64,000 bases of DNA from Deltaproteobacteria bacterium RBG_16_49_23 (GCA_001798855.1 MGQQ01000025.1:1740-65739), one strand, 5' to 3'; shown: positions 9,795-19,774, numbered from the stretch's first letter. Notes: generated from the sequence alone by a model not told the origin. Program-made: numbers and translations.

Positions 9795-10604
9795 TTATCT
9801 CTTCTTCTGTTCGATCTCCATCTTCTCTTTCGAGTAAGGCTGGATCATATCGCCCTTAAGGATGGCATCAAAGGCTTCGAGCACTTTTGCTGTATAAAAT
9901 TTTCCGGATTGATCGATGATCTCGAGATTACCGGTGATGCTATACTTCCTGCCAATCTTCTTATCCGTCACAGGGTCACGGATGATGTCCGAGGCCCTAA
10001 AAATCGTATACTTATTTCCGATTAAAATAGGTTCCGCTGTCTTAAAGGCCAGGTAAAGGAGATCGCCTTCTGCCATCAGGTTCTTTCCTTCCCTGTTATC
10101 AAGGACGATGCCGATTCCTTTGTGGTCAAAACCGGCAATAAATCCCGAATAACGAATCTCCGGAATAACCCTCTTCTCCTCATCCGGTTTTTTTTCTGCA
10201 ATACCCTCTGGCCTCTTCTCAACGACCGGCGGGGGCTCCACCTTCTTGACCTCCACCGGCTCTGGTTTGACTTCTTTCACCTCTTTGGGTTTCTCCTCAA
10301 CAACGGGTTTCTCCTCAACAACCTTCATCGGTTCTTCTTTTTTCGCCTCCTCAAAGGCTGAGAGGCGAACGGGATTTCCCGGATAGATCCAGTGGGGATT
10401 GGTGATGTAAGGATTTTTTTGCCACAATTTCGGCCAGAGGAATGGATCTTTTAAAAACTTTGCCGATATGTCCCAGAGCGTATCCCCTTTTTTGATGGTA
10501 TAAACTCCTTCTTCCTCCTTCTTCTCCTGAGCCATAAGGGTTAGAGCAAAAATGAGGGAGATAACGATCACCACAATGAGATGGAAACCCATCAGCCTTT
10601 TCAT
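9795..10604 (-). CDS. Secreted LysM peptidoglycan-binding protein
   Basis: Signal peptide; YTIKKGDTLWDIS..NPYITNPHWIYPG; E/K/P-rich linker; SD AAGGAGG. Confidence 0.92.
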   Translation of the reverse strand: MKRLMGFHLIVVIVISLIFALTLMAQEKKEEEGVYTIKKGDTLWDISAKFLKDPFLWPKLWQKNPYITNPHWIYPGNPVRLSAFEEAKKEEPMKVVEEKPVVEEKPKEVKEVKPEPVEVKKVEPPPVVEKRPEGIAEKKPDEEKRVIPEIRYSGFIAGFDHKGIGIVLDNREGKNLMAEGDLLYLAFKTAEPILIGNKYTIFRASDIIRDPVTDKKIGRKYSITGNLEIIDQSGKFYTAKVLEAFDAILKGDMIQPYSKEKMEIEQKKR

Positions 10605-10669
10605 ATCGACCTCCTTATTATTAAATCATTTCCTGTTCTATCCGGATGAGCAGTGGAAATTTTTGTTTA

Positions 10670-10698
10670 AAATTAGCTTCTTAACTCTTCTTTGTCAA
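10670..10698 (-). promoter_or_regulatory. Putative sigma70 promoter for LysM-dprA-topA
   Basis: TTGACA-17 nt-TAATTT. Confidence 0.55.
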
Positions 10699-10945
10699 GA
10701 TAATTATTAAGCAATATTTATACCACATTGATGATCTTCGACATAACTATTGAATTTCATTTTGAAAATCCGTAAACCGGATGTCGGGTCACCTTCAAAT
10801 CAATATCAAAAATGAACATTTTTTATACAGCCGGACTATATTTCTGAACAAATATAAGCCTTTAAAGTGATGGAGGGTTGGGGGATGGAAATAATTAAAT
10901 TGGAACTAATTTTTTAAATCTTATTCATCGTTTTTTAGCCATGGA

Positions 10946-11017
10946 CTACAGGTTAAAGGCCGTAGACAATGAACCGATCACCCCTCCGCCCACAACAACA
11001 TTCGCTGATTTTTCCAT
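10946..11017 (-). pseudogene. 5' remnant of an FAD-dependent oxidoreductase (DAO/DadA/SoxB-like)
   Basis: MEKSANVVVGGGVIGSLSTAFNL*: a GxGxxG dinucleotide-binding start that stops after 23 aa. Confidence 0.6.
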
Positions 11018-11057
11018 AGCCCATTCTGATTTAATTTCTATGAAAGGAGATTGGATT

Positions 11058-11726
11058 TCATCTCACAACACTCGATGAGATAAATTGCGCAAGAGTAAGG
11101 ATATCAAATATGGGAACCCTTATCACCTCTCTGATCGACTTGATAAAAACAGGCATATTGGCGCATTCGAGGACGAGAGCAGAGATATCCGGATTCCTTT
11201 TCATCAGAAGTAAAACTTCTTGAACCACCTCTTTTTCGATTTTTGGAACATCGATTTTCTCGCTGTTTTCAATGTAAACTTTGTAAAACTCGCTTCCCGG
11301 TTTCATCCCACGAATGACAATGGGAATATCTGCAGCCCCCACACCTTCGAAGTGGGCCATGGTTAAAGAGGTTTCGTCTGCTGTAAAGACGCCGATTTTC
11401 CCCTTCCTCCCCATAATCTGATAGGCCCAAGGGACCTGAATGAGGCTGGAAGAAAAAACTGGAACTTTCACCGAAGCGGCCATCTCTCTCTGCCAAAGTG
11501 CCAAAAAACCGCAGCTCGTTGTGACGGCTTTTGCTCCTCTTCTTTCTAAAACCCTCGCAGCCTGGATAAAGGGAGCAATGAGGGAAACATCCCTTTCCCT
11601 GACAACCCTTGAAGGAATGGCCCCCTTTACTTTTTCAAAGAGGACAGGAAAAGAATAGGATTGGGGATTCCCCACATCTCCTTCAAGCCTGGGGAAATGG
11701 GTATCGAGAAGAATAATCCCGATCAA
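11058..11726 (-). CDS. Aspartate/glutamate/hydantoin racemase family protein
   Basis: GIILLDTHFPR..GDVGNP, TTSCGFL and LECANM two-Cys motifs; TTG start with AGGAG SD. Confidence 0.85.
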   Translation of the reverse strand: MIGIILLDTHFPRLEGDVGNPQSYSFPVLFEKVKGAIPSRVVRERDVSLIAPFIQAARVLERRGAKAVTTSCGFLALWQREMAASVKVPVFSSSLIQVPWAYQIMGRKGKIGVFTADETSLTMAHFEGVGAADIPIVIRGMKPGSEFYKVYIENSEKIDVPKIEKEVVQEVLLLMKRNPDISALVLECANMPVFIKSIREVIRVPIFDILTLAQFISSSVVR

Positions 11727-11890
11727 TAAAAATCTCCTATTAGAAAAATTTAGGGCATCTTTTCCATAACATAAAAAAAAGACCCTCAACAAGAGGAATT
11801 TTTTTCTTTACTTTTTTTTCATCATGGATTAAATAGGAGGCTTACCAAGGATACTTCCATCATTCCTTGGATTCCAGAAGGAGGTGGCTT

Positions 11891-12865
11891 ATGAGGAAGA
11901 TCGTCTATCTTTCAATCATTTCGTTTTCCATTCTTTTTGTTTCTCTGGCGCAGGCACAAACTCTGACCTGGACAGCAGGGGGAGTCGGTGGCGGATGGTA
12001 TGCCATTGCCGGGGGCATTTCAAACATCGTCAATGAAAAATCAGGTGGAATAATAGTGAAGGTCATTCCAGGCGGTGGCACGGTCAACCCCAGGTTGGTG
12101 GACAAAGGGGATTGCGAACTGGGCTGGGGACTTCCTTTCCTTAATGTGGCCGCATGGAACGGTGAAGACCCTTATGATAAAAAACATACAAACCTTCGTG
12201 CGATTGCGGGTGGGATGAGTCTGAATTTCTTCCATTTCTATGTAGCGGCTGATTCTCCCATCAAAACCATGGACGATGTCTTCAAACAGAAAAAAGCCCT
12301 TCGCATGGCCATTTCGCCCACCGGAACATCAGATGAATGGGTTTTCCGAAAAGTCCTGGCCGCCTATAAGACAGACTACAAAGAACTGGAAGCCACAGGT
12401 TTTAAGTTCTTCAGGGGCTCCTATGCCGAACAGGCAAGCCAGTTTAAAGATAGAAACGTGGACTCCGTCTTCACCTTCCTGGCTACTCCAGGAGCCGCTG
12501 TCACCGAGGCTTCCATCGGACGTTCCCTTAGGCTGATCCATTTCTCACCGGAGGCATTACAGAGCCTGAAACAGTACGGCATCGAATCAGGAAAAATCCC
12601 GGCAGGAACATATCCCAAAGCAGCCAATGCCGATGAGGACATTACGACTGCCACGGCTGGAAGTGTCATCCTCGTTAATAAAAATGTCTCGGATGATGTG
12701 GCTTATCGTATAGCAAAAGTGATTCATGAGAATCTCGATCAGTTCCGGAAGATTCATGGATCCCTGACCCCTTATCAATTGAAAGATGCTGTTACCGGAT
12801 TGGGGGCGATTCCTCTCCATTCAGGCGCTGAGAAATATTATAAAGAGAAAGGGATATTGAAATAG
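11891..12865 (+). CDS. TAXI-family TRAP transporter solute-binding protein
   Basis: Signal peptide, GGVGGGWYAIAGGI, IPAGTYP, IPLHSGAEKYY. Confidence 0.92.
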   Translation: MRKIVYLSIISFSILFVSLAQAQTLTWTAGGVGGGWYAIAGGISNIVNEKSGGIIVKVIPGGGTVNPRLVDKGDCELGWGLPFLNVAAWNGEDPYDKKHTNLRAIAGGMSLNFFHFYVAADSPIKTMDDVFKQKKALRMAISPTGTSDEWVFRKVLAAYKTDYKELEATGFKFFRGSYAEQASQFKDRNVDSVFTFLATPGAAVTEASIGRSLRLIHFSPEALQSLKQYGIESGKIPAGTYPKAANADEDITTATAGSVILVNKNVSDDVAYRIAKVIHENLDQFRKIHGSLTPYQLKDAVTGLGAIPLHSGAEKYYKEKGILK

Positions 12866-12886
12866 AAACCGGATCACGGGGGAAAA

Positions 12887-12926
12887 AACGCCTGCCCAAT
12901 CCTTTCCAGAATATGGGCGGGCGTTC
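12887..12926 (+). terminator. Intercistronic hairpin
   Basis: AACGCCTGCCCA..TGGGCGGGCGTT between the binding-protein and permease genes. Confidence 0.5.
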
Positions 12927-12941
12927 TTATAGGAAATAGCG

Positions 12942-14825
12942 GTGCGCACACTGACAGGTTGGGGTAAAATCCCTGTTCTCATTTGGGGAATTGTTGTTTC
13001 CCTGCTCCATCTTTATACCTCTGGGTTTGGCACCTTTGAACCTCGAACGCAAAGGGGAATCCATCTCCTCTTTCTTCTCCCTCTGATCTATATTCTTTTC
13101 CCTGCCACAAAGAAATCACCAAAAAACCGTCCGAGCCTCTTTGATGCGATGGCCTCCATCTTATGTTTCTTAGGGCCTGCCTATATTGTATGGAATGCAG
13201 AGCGTCTCAATTTCAGGATGGTGGGTATGGACGAGGTTCTGCTTATTGAGATGGTCTTAGGCGCCGTCTTGGTCCTTCTGATTGTAGAGGCTGCGCGCCG
13301 TGCCCTTTCCCGCTGGATGGCGATCACGATTGCCATCTCCATCTTCTATCTGGCCACCGCTCCTTATTGGCCTGGATTACTGAAATTTAAAGGATACCCA
13401 TTCCCTCGAATGGTCGAAGTCCTGTTTTTAGCAGGAGATGAAGGGATCTTTGGATTCCTGACAGGCATCTCCTCCAATATCCTCTTCATCTATATCCTCT
13501 TCGCCAGTTTTATGCTTCATGCAGGGGTGGGGAATTTCCTCATCAACTTTGCGGTATGGGCTGCAGGTTGGGCAAGGGGTGGACCCGCAAAGATTGCTGT
13601 CATCTCCAGCGCCCTCTATGGAACAGTGAGCGGAAGCACGGTGGCCAATGTTTATGCCACGGGAAGCTTCACCATCCCTTTGATGAAAAAAGGAGGGTTT
13701 GTCCCCAAACAGGCGGCTGCTATTGAAGCGATTGCCGGCACAGGGGGGCAGATCATGCCGCCCATCATGGGAGCAGGGGCCTTCATCATGTCAGAGGTTA
13801 CCGGGATTCCTTATTTCAAGATCATTCAGGCTGCAGTCATTCCCGCACTGCTTTACTATCTTGGCCTCTTCTTCGTCGTCCACTTCATTTCGCTCAAACA
13901 GGGCATGTCCAGTATCCCAAGGGCCGAACGCCCGAGCATCTGGCCTATGCTCCGCAATGCTTACTTTTTTCTTCCCTTTATCCTCGTGATCGTCTTTTTG
14001 GGATATGGATATTCTCCCAGTAAATCTGCTTTCTTCGTTGTCCTGATCATCTTCGGCCTCAGTTTCCTCGACCGAAGAACCTGGATGACCCCTAAGAAGA
14101 CTCTGGATGCGCTCTTTGAGTCCGCAGTCAATGCGGCCATCATTGCCACCGCCCTTGCGGGATCCGGAATGGTAGTCGGGATTCTAACACGGACGGGCGC
14201 AGCGCTGGCCTTCGGAAGCGTCCTTTTGAGCGCTTCATTTAATAATCTTTTAATCGCCATGATCCTCGTCTTTCTGGTCGTCAGCGTTCTCGGGACCGGA
14301 ATCCCGACCACCCCTGCCTATATCATTGCTGTCATTGTAGGAGCCTCAGCCCTTGGAAAGTTTGATGTCGCCTTATTATCGGCCCACCTCTTCGTCTTCT
14401 ACTATGCGGTGCTTTCGGATCTCACCCCTCCGGATGCCATCACTGCTTTTGCGGCGGCAAACCTGGCCGGCTCTGAAATGATGACCACAGGATTGGAAGC
14501 CTTCAAGCTGGGAATTGCAGGGTTTCTTATTCCCTTCGCTTTTGTCTTCCAACCCGCCCTTCTCCTTCAGGGAACGCTCTCTGAAATCTTCATGGCAACC
14601 GGATTGACAGCCCTCGGGGTAGCCAGCCTTTCCGCTTTTCTGGTCGGACATGTCTGGTCTCCCTTAGGCTGGCTCCATCGTCTTCTCTTCGCATCCGCAG
14701 CCATCCTGCTGGTCTTTCCCACGATCGGCATGGAGTTGATTGGAATCGGACTGTCAGGGGGATTGTTTATCTGGGCAAGGATTAAAAAAACAATAACCAA
14801 ATCACAAGCACCAATCGTCAAATAA
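12942..14825 (+). CDS. TRAP transporter fused 4TM/12TM permease
   Basis: GGPAKIAVISS, GGQIMPPIMGAGAF, GIPTTPAY, LTPP; hydrophobic throughout. Confidence 0.94.
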   Translation: MRTLTGWGKIPVLIWGIVVSLLHLYTSGFGTFEPRTQRGIHLLFLLPLIYILFPATKKSPKNRPSLFDAMASILCFLGPAYIVWNAERLNFRMVGMDEVLLIEMVLGAVLVLLIVEAARRALSRWMAITIAISIFYLATAPYWPGLLKFKGYPFPRMVEVLFLAGDEGIFGFLTGISSNILFIYILFASFMLHAGVGNFLINFAVWAAGWARGGPAKIAVISSALYGTVSGSTVANVYATGSFTIPLMKKGGFVPKQAAAIEAIAGTGGQIMPPIMGAGAFIMSEVTGIPYFKIIQAAVIPALLYYLGLFFVVHFISLKQGMSSIPRAERPSIWPMLRNAYFFLPFILVIVFLGYGYSPSKSAFFVVLIIFGLSFLDRRTWMTPKKTLDALFESAVNAAIIATALAGSGMVVGILTRTGAALAFGSVLLSASFNNLLIAMILVFLVVSVLGTGIPTTPAYIIAVIVGASALGKFDVALLSAHLFVFYYAVLSDLTPPDAITAFAAANLAGSEMMTTGLEAFKLGIAGFLIPFAFVFQPALLLQGTLSEIFMATGLTALGVASLSAFLVGHVWSPLGWLHRLLFASAAILLVFPTIGMELIGIGLSGGLFIWARIKKTITKSQAPIVK

Positions 14826-14935
14826 ATTCCAATAATCAATATCCAAACAAATTCCTATAAAATGATTGTTATTGGTTATTTTGGAATTGGGTGATTAGGG
14901 ATTATTTGGAGATTGGAATTTGGGTATTGGGATTT
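14795..14935. repeat. Mirror-symmetric degenerate heptamer tract
   Basis: ACCAAAT/TCCAAT-type units followed by ATTGGA/ATTTGG complements. Confidence 0.7.
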
Positions 14936-16503
14936 TATCTTTTCTTTCTTAACATCTTCAACAGAAAGACCATCTCCGCATTTTTTGCCAAATAAGAAAT
15001 AATGACATACACGATCAAGCCAATGGCAATCCCTGCTCCGAGGAGAGGGATCTTCTCCGTTTCATTGCCCGTTGTCGACCAATCCCCCATAGAGCAGATC
15101 AAATAGGCAATGAACCCCATGGGAAGGCTGCAGAGCAGCGTCCGGAAAAGTGATTTCACATTCTTGCTTGCCTCCATACCGCCCAATTTCGGATCCAGCC
15201 TCTTGCATAGAAGGATCAGGTTCAGAATCGATGAGAGACTGGTGGCCAGGGCGAGGCCGGCATGTTTCAAGGGAGTGAAGAATATGAAAACGGCATTGAG
15301 AACGACATTGGCTCCCAGGCAGATCAGTCCGATCTTGAGGGGTGTCCATGCATCCTGAAGCGAATAAAAAGCAGGCACAAGGGTTCTCACACCCGCAATG
15401 GCCCACAGGCCAATTGAATAGCACAAGAGGGCTTTTGCCGTCATCACGGTGGCAGTGTAGTCGAAAAGGCCCCTCTGGAAAAGGAGGTTGATAATGGGTG
15501 TCTTTAAAGCGATCAGGCCCGTCATGGCAGGAATGCTGATGAAAGAGGTGAGACGGAAGGTGAAGAAGAGTGACTCTTTCAACTCCTCCATCTTTCCTTG
15601 AGAGGCGAGCCCGGAAAGGCTGGGCAGGGAAGCCATCCCGATGGCAATGGCAAAAATCCCCAATGGAAATTCCAACAAACGGTCTGCAAAGAAGAGATAG
15701 GAGACGCTTCCTCCCGGGAGGAAGGAGGCGAAGATTGTATCGATGAAAACATTGAGCTGATAGACCCCTGTTCCGATAAGGCCCGGCACCATCAGGGCGC
15801 TGATCCGCCTGATGGCAGGATGTCCGAAATGAAAATTGAACCGGAAGGTGATCCCCTTCTGCCATAAAAAGGGGATCTGGAAGAGAAGCTGAATCACCCC
15901 TCCGGCAAGGACACCGATAGCGAGCGTCATGACCGGTTTTTGAAAGAAGTGATAGAAGAGAAAGACGGACAGGATAATGGAGATATTGAGGAAGATGGGG
16001 GCGATGGCCGGAGCGAAAAAGTGCCGATGGGAGTTGAGGATTCCCATGCAGAGGGCAAAGAGTCCCATAAAGAAAAGATAGGGGAAGATGATTTGATTGA
16101 GCATGACGGTCAACTGAAACTTTTCCGGGATTCCGGCAAATCCGGGTGCGATGATCTGAATTAAAACAGGTGAGAAGAGGATTCCGAAGAGTGTGATCAG
16201 CAGTAAGACCAGCCCCATCAGGGTGAAGGCGGCATGGGTCACCTCTTTCGTTTCCTCTTCTGACCGCTGGTGAAGGTATTCGGTATAGACCGGGATGAAC
16301 GAGATGGTCAACGACCCTTCACCCACCAGCCGCCTCCATAGGTTGGGAATTCGAAAGGCGACGAAGAACGCATCGGCCGCCATCCCTGCCCCGAAGAAAT
16401 GGGCGATGACCATGTCTCTTAAAAATCCAAGGATACGGCTGAGGAGAGTCCCCATCCCTATGGTGGAAGCAGCTTTTGTGATCTTCCTGTTTTCGGTCAT
16501 CAT
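14935..16503 (-). CDS. murJ: Lipid II flippase MurJ (MviN)
   Basis: LSRILGFLRD, AFRIPNLWRRLVGEG, ADRLLEFPLG. Start placed at MMTENRK; the longer ORF-track N-terminus is MITE sequence. Confidence 0.96.
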   Translation of the reverse strand: MMTENRKITKAASTIGMGTLLSRILGFLRDMVIAHFFGAGMAADAFFVAFRIPNLWRRLVGEGSLTISFIPVYTEYLHQRSEEETKEVTHAAFTLMGLVLLLITLFGILFSPVLIQIIAPGFAGIPEKFQLTVMLNQIIFPYLFFMGLFALCMGILNSHRHFFAPAIAPIFLNISIILSVFLFYHFFQKPVMTLAIGVLAGGVIQLLFQIPFLWQKGITFRFNFHFGHPAIRRISALMVPGLIGTGVYQLNVFIDTIFASFLPGGSVSYLFFADRLLEFPLGIFAIAIGMASLPSLSGLASQGKMEELKESLFFTFRLTSFISIPAMTGLIALKTPIINLLFQRGLFDYTATVMTAKALLCYSIGLWAIAGVRTLVPAFYSLQDAWTPLKIGLICLGANVVLNAVFIFFTPLKHAGLALATSLSSILNLILLCKRLDPKLGGMEASKNVKSLFRTLLCSLPMGFIAYLICSMGDWSTTGNETEKIPLLGAGIAIGLIVYVIISYLAKNAEMVFLLKMLRKKR

Positions 16504-16514
16504 ACGAATAAATC

Positions 16515-16689
16515 GAATGGATTTAGTTGTTTGAAATCGTCTTGTAAAATCCCTCCCCTGCCTTCGCCGAAGCGGCTTCGCGCAGGCAGGCAACCTCCCT
16601 TTTCCAAAGGGAGGAGAAAGGTTTCCCCCTTTTGACAAAGGGGGATGAAGGGGGATTAGATCAGTTTTTTCAAAGCACCAAAGTGTTAC
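16515..16689. mobile_element. MITE family A with nested micro-element D (16557-16590)
   Basis: Flanked by direct repeat AATAAATC (16507-14 and 16690-97); body matches 22857 and 23670. Confidence 0.85.
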
Positions 16690-16770
16690 AATAAATCGAA
16701 TTACAGCAAATGTGCTTAATAAACCCGAATTCGTTAGATTCGTTATCACTCGGGTAATTCGTCATCGAAC

Positions 16771-16800
16771 TTGACACACGCTACCCTAAAATGTTAAAAA
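16771..16800 (+). promoter_or_regulatory. Putative rpsT promoter
   Basis: TTGACA-18 nt-TAAAAA with extended TG; followed by hairpin CTCACCCTCTATCCTCT..AGAGGATAGAGGGTGAG (16811-16851). Confidence 0.5.
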
Positions 16801-16874
16801 AATCAACAGACTCACCCTCTATCCTCTCCCCATAAGAGGATAGAGGGTGAGGGAAAAAGAAAGGAGATACAATT

Positions 16875-17150
16875 TTGGCCAGTCATCAATCAGCAATTAA
16901 AAGGGCAAAACAGAATGAGAAAAGGAGAGTCCGGAACCTTCATATCGAATCGACTGTAAAGACTTCGGTCAAGAAAGTGCGGGAAGCGATCGAAGAGAAG
17001 GATATGGAGGGGGCCACGAAAGCCTTATTAAAAACCATCCCTCTGATTCAGAAAGGATGTTCAAAGGGCATCTTTCAAAAAAATACCTCCGCCAGAAAGA
17101 TCTCCAGGCTGACCCAGGCAGTCAACAGTCTGAAACCAAAGACTGCTTAA
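16875..17150 (+). CDS. rpsT: 30S ribosomal protein S20
   Basis: MASHQSAIKRAKQNEKRRVRN...KNTSARKISRL; TTG start with AAGGAG SD; divergent from murJ. Confidence 0.98.
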   Translation: MASHQSAIKRAKQNEKRRVRNLHIESTVKTSVKKVREAIEEKDMEGATKALLKTIPLIQKGCSKGIFQKNTSARKISRLTQAVNSLKPKTA

Positions 17151-17201
17151 AGCCTCCCGAATCAAACACCCTCCTACCTTTTTAAAACGGGAAACGTACT
17201 T

Positions 17202-18254
17202 CTATTCCCCTTTTCTAAAGGGGGGAGAGGGAGGATAAACAGGCCGGCAGAGGTCGATGACCAGCTTTTCCATCAGAAGATTCTTTGGGCCTCGCCCTTT
17301 TTTAATGGCTAAATCAGTCTGGTGACACTTCAGTATTCCTTCTCGCAGAGAAGCCTCGGGGAAACGCCTTCCTTGTTCTATCAATTTTTTAACATTCCAG
17401 GCCTGCATCCTGAGATTTCTCGCCATCTCTTCAAGGCCCTTCAGGCCGGAGACCATCTCCTTCACCCTCAAGATATTCCAGTAGTGCCTTGACATCATTC
17501 CTACCAGAAGGGGAACGGGATCCTCTTTCCTCTTCGGGACTGTCTCTTCTTTCTTAAACGGAATCGCTCTCGACTCCAGCGCTTTCTCCAGGATGGTCAA
17601 TGCTTTCTCCAGTTTCTGCTGGCCAATAGCGTCGGTTAAATCAAAAACGGTGCTGACTTTTACTTCCGAAGTAATTCCCTCCGCATCAGAAAGTTCAATC
17701 TTTTTCTTTTCGCCGACGCTTAAAAAGACTTTCTCCAGTCCATTATCGAGATCCTGAAGGTGATCTCCCGCAACCTCGATGAGATAGCTGGCTGACTCTT
17801 CGGAGATCGATTTTCCCTTCTCCTCCATCCTCTTTCTGACCCAGGAGACGAGCCCTTTCCCTTTCAACCGGGGATACTCGATCACCTTCCCGGCCTTCTC
17901 AATCTCTTTCTGGACTCTCTTCCATTGTCCCAGAGTCTGGCCGCACATCGTTAAACAGGTGGTGGAAGAAGGATTCCGGATATAGGGGAGTAACGCCCCC
18001 ACATTCTCCTCATCGAATTGGTCTGCTCCCCGTATGAGTACAAAGCGATATTGAGAAAACATCGGAAGGGTCCGGGCTGTCTGGGCAATCTCCTGACCGC
18101 TGTGTTCCTCTCCGTTGAAGAGATGAAGATTGAACCCCCTCTCCTTCGGGGAAAGGGTCTGGTTCAGTAATCTCTGGATCTCTTCTTCGATCAGGTAATC
18201 CTCGGGTCCGTAAAAAAAGTAGATGGGGAAAATGATTGAGTTTTGTTTCGTCAT
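17202..18254 (-). CDS. holA: DNA polymerase III delta subunit
   Basis: PIYFFYGPEDYL, TLPMFS, VFDLTDAI, DLAIK; converges on rpsT. Start uncertain (18254 or 18284). Confidence 0.93.
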   Translation of the reverse strand: MTKQNSIIFPIYFFYGPEDYLIEEEIQRLLNQTLSPKERGFNLHLFNGEEHSGQEIAQTARTLPMFSQYRFVLIRGADQFDEENVGALLPYIRNPSSTTCLTMCGQTLGQWKRVQKEIEKAGKVIEYPRLKGKGLVSWVRKRMEEKGKSISEESASYLIEVAGDHLQDLDNGLEKVFLSVGEKKKIELSDAEGITSEVKVSTVFDLTDAIGQQKLEKALTILEKALESRAIPFKKEETVPKRKEDPVPLLVGMMSRHYWNILRVKEMVSGLKGLEEMARNLRMQAWNVKKLIEQGRRFPEASLREGILKCHQTDLAIKKGRGPKNLLMEKLVIDLCRPVYPPSPPFRKGE

Positions 18255-18313
18255 TATTCTATTTTTACCATGTTTGTTGATCATACCGCAATTTAAGTTC
18301 CAATAACCAAATC

Positions 18314-19672
18314 TCAATTTCCAAATAATAACCAATGGACCAATGACCAATATCCAAATTTAGAAAACCCACACTCTCTATTTTGGTTGGAATTTTGATG
18401 ATTGAAATTTGGATAATATTTGATTATTGGCCTGCCTGCGCGAAGCCCCGCCTCCAGAAGCCTTGCGGAGGGCAGGCGCTTCGGCGAAGGCAGGCGCCTG
18501 GAGCCTGGCGCTTGATTTTTCTGGCTTCCTTCATAGAGATCATACTCCAATAGCCGGCATTCGATATTCGAATTGAAAAAGGGGATCTTCCTTTTTGTTC
18601 TCAACCCCACCCGTTTGGCCAGGTCGAGATTGCCGGAAAAGATATATCCATAGTATCCCTGGCACCGCTTCTTAAAAAAATCTCCGATTCCCTTATAGAT
18701 CTCTTTTAAGGCTTCCCTCTCACCCATCCGTTCTCCGTACTCCGGGTTGAGCACCACGACGCCCCCTCCGCTGGGGACAGGGGTCTCGCCATACGGACAG
18801 ATCCCGAATTCAATCCACCGTTCGACCCCTGCGGTCTGGGCATTCCTCTTTGCTCCCTGGATGGCCTCTCCACTGATATCTGTCGCAATAATCTTTCCAT
18901 CCATGGCATCTCTTGCCGTCGCTCTTGCCTTCCGGCGAATCTCTCTCCAGGATGATTCATCAAATCCCTTCAGGTGCATAAAGCCATAATTACTTCTCAG
19001 CAGTCCCGGCGGCCTTTCCAGGCCGATCAATGCCGCCTCGATCGCAAGCGTCCCGCTCCCGCACATGGGATTGATAAAGTTGCCGTTTCCCCTCCAGCCG
19101 GTGGCCAGAATCACCCCTGCGGCCAATGTCTCCTGCATGGGCGCCTTCAGAGGAATCTTGCGATAACCTCTTCTTGAAAGGGGCTGGCCGGAGGTGTCGA
19201 CAAAGAGCGAGACGGCCTCATCCTTCCAGAAGAGATGAACGACCGCCCGGTCTCTTTCCGAACCCGAATCCGGTCGCCGCCCGCGCACACTCTTGATCCG
19301 GTCCACAATGGCATCCTTGCATTTGACATTGGCAAACCGTGTATCCTTAATGGTCGGATTATCCACGGTTGAGGTCACACAGAAGTAACCCTCTTCAGGG
19401 ATCAACTCCTCCCATTTCATTGAAGAGACTCCTCTATAAAGTTCATCAGGATGTCTTGCTTTAAACCGCTCCAGAAAGAAAAGGACCCGATGCCCGGTCC
19501 GGATAAAAAGGTTCAGCCTCATTGCGTCATCCATCGTTCCTTCTGTTTCAACGCTGGCGGCGCCCTCGGAGAGAACCGGAAATTCGAGCAAACGGAGTTC
19601 CTCTTTCAAATAAAGAGGCATGGACTTCGCACAGGTAATGACGATTCTGCTCTTTCTTCCCCAGATATTCAT
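18314..19672 (-). CDS. THUMP-domain class I SAM RNA methyltransferase (RlmL N-terminal/YpsC-like) with repeat-derived tail
   Basis: LSRRGYR..APMQETLAA, NPMCGSGT, NPEYGER; recognisable domain ends at about LYEGS. Confidence 0.9.
   Translation of the reverse strand: MNIWGRKSRIVITCAKSMPLYLKEELRLLEFPVLSEGAASVETEGTMDDAMRLNLFIRTGHRVLFFLERFKARHPDELYRGVSSMKWEELIPEEGYFCVTSTVDNPTIKDTRFANVKCKDAIVDRIKSVRGRRPDSGSERDRAVVHLFWKDEAVSLFVDTSGQPLSRRGYRKIPLKAPMQETLAAGVILATGWRGNGNFINPMCGSGTLAIEAALIGLERPPGLLRSNYGFMHLKGFDESSWREIRRKARATARDAMDGKIIATDISGEAIQGAKRNAQTAGVERWIEFGICPYGETPVPSGGGVVVLNPEYGERMGEREALKEIYKGIGDFFKKRCQGYYGYIFSGNLDLAKRVGLRTKRKIPFFNSNIECRLLEYDLYEGSQKNQAPGSRRLPSPKRLPSARLLEAGLRAGRPIIKYYPNFNHQNSNQNRECGFSKFGYWSLVHWLLFGN
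18431..18494. repeat. Micro-element D with a second 30-nt micro-element (18447-18476) nested inside
   Basis: CCTGCCTGCGCGAAGC[CCCGCCTCCAGAAGCCTTGCGGAGGGCAGG]CGCTTCGGCGAAGGCAGG; the outer part is the exact reverse complement of 16557-16590. Confidence 0.85.
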
Positions 19673-19774
19673 ACTATCACTTAATTTCAGATTTCAGATT
19701 GAAATACCTTCAATCTGAAATCAAGCCAAAAATATTTGAAAGTTGAAAATTGACGACATCCAAAAATTTAACTC

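Noticed and set aside
16504-16749. 82-aa N-terminal extension of MurJ in the ORF track
   Set aside because: It is a translation of MITE A, element D and a repeat tract; MurJ homology starts at MMTENRK.
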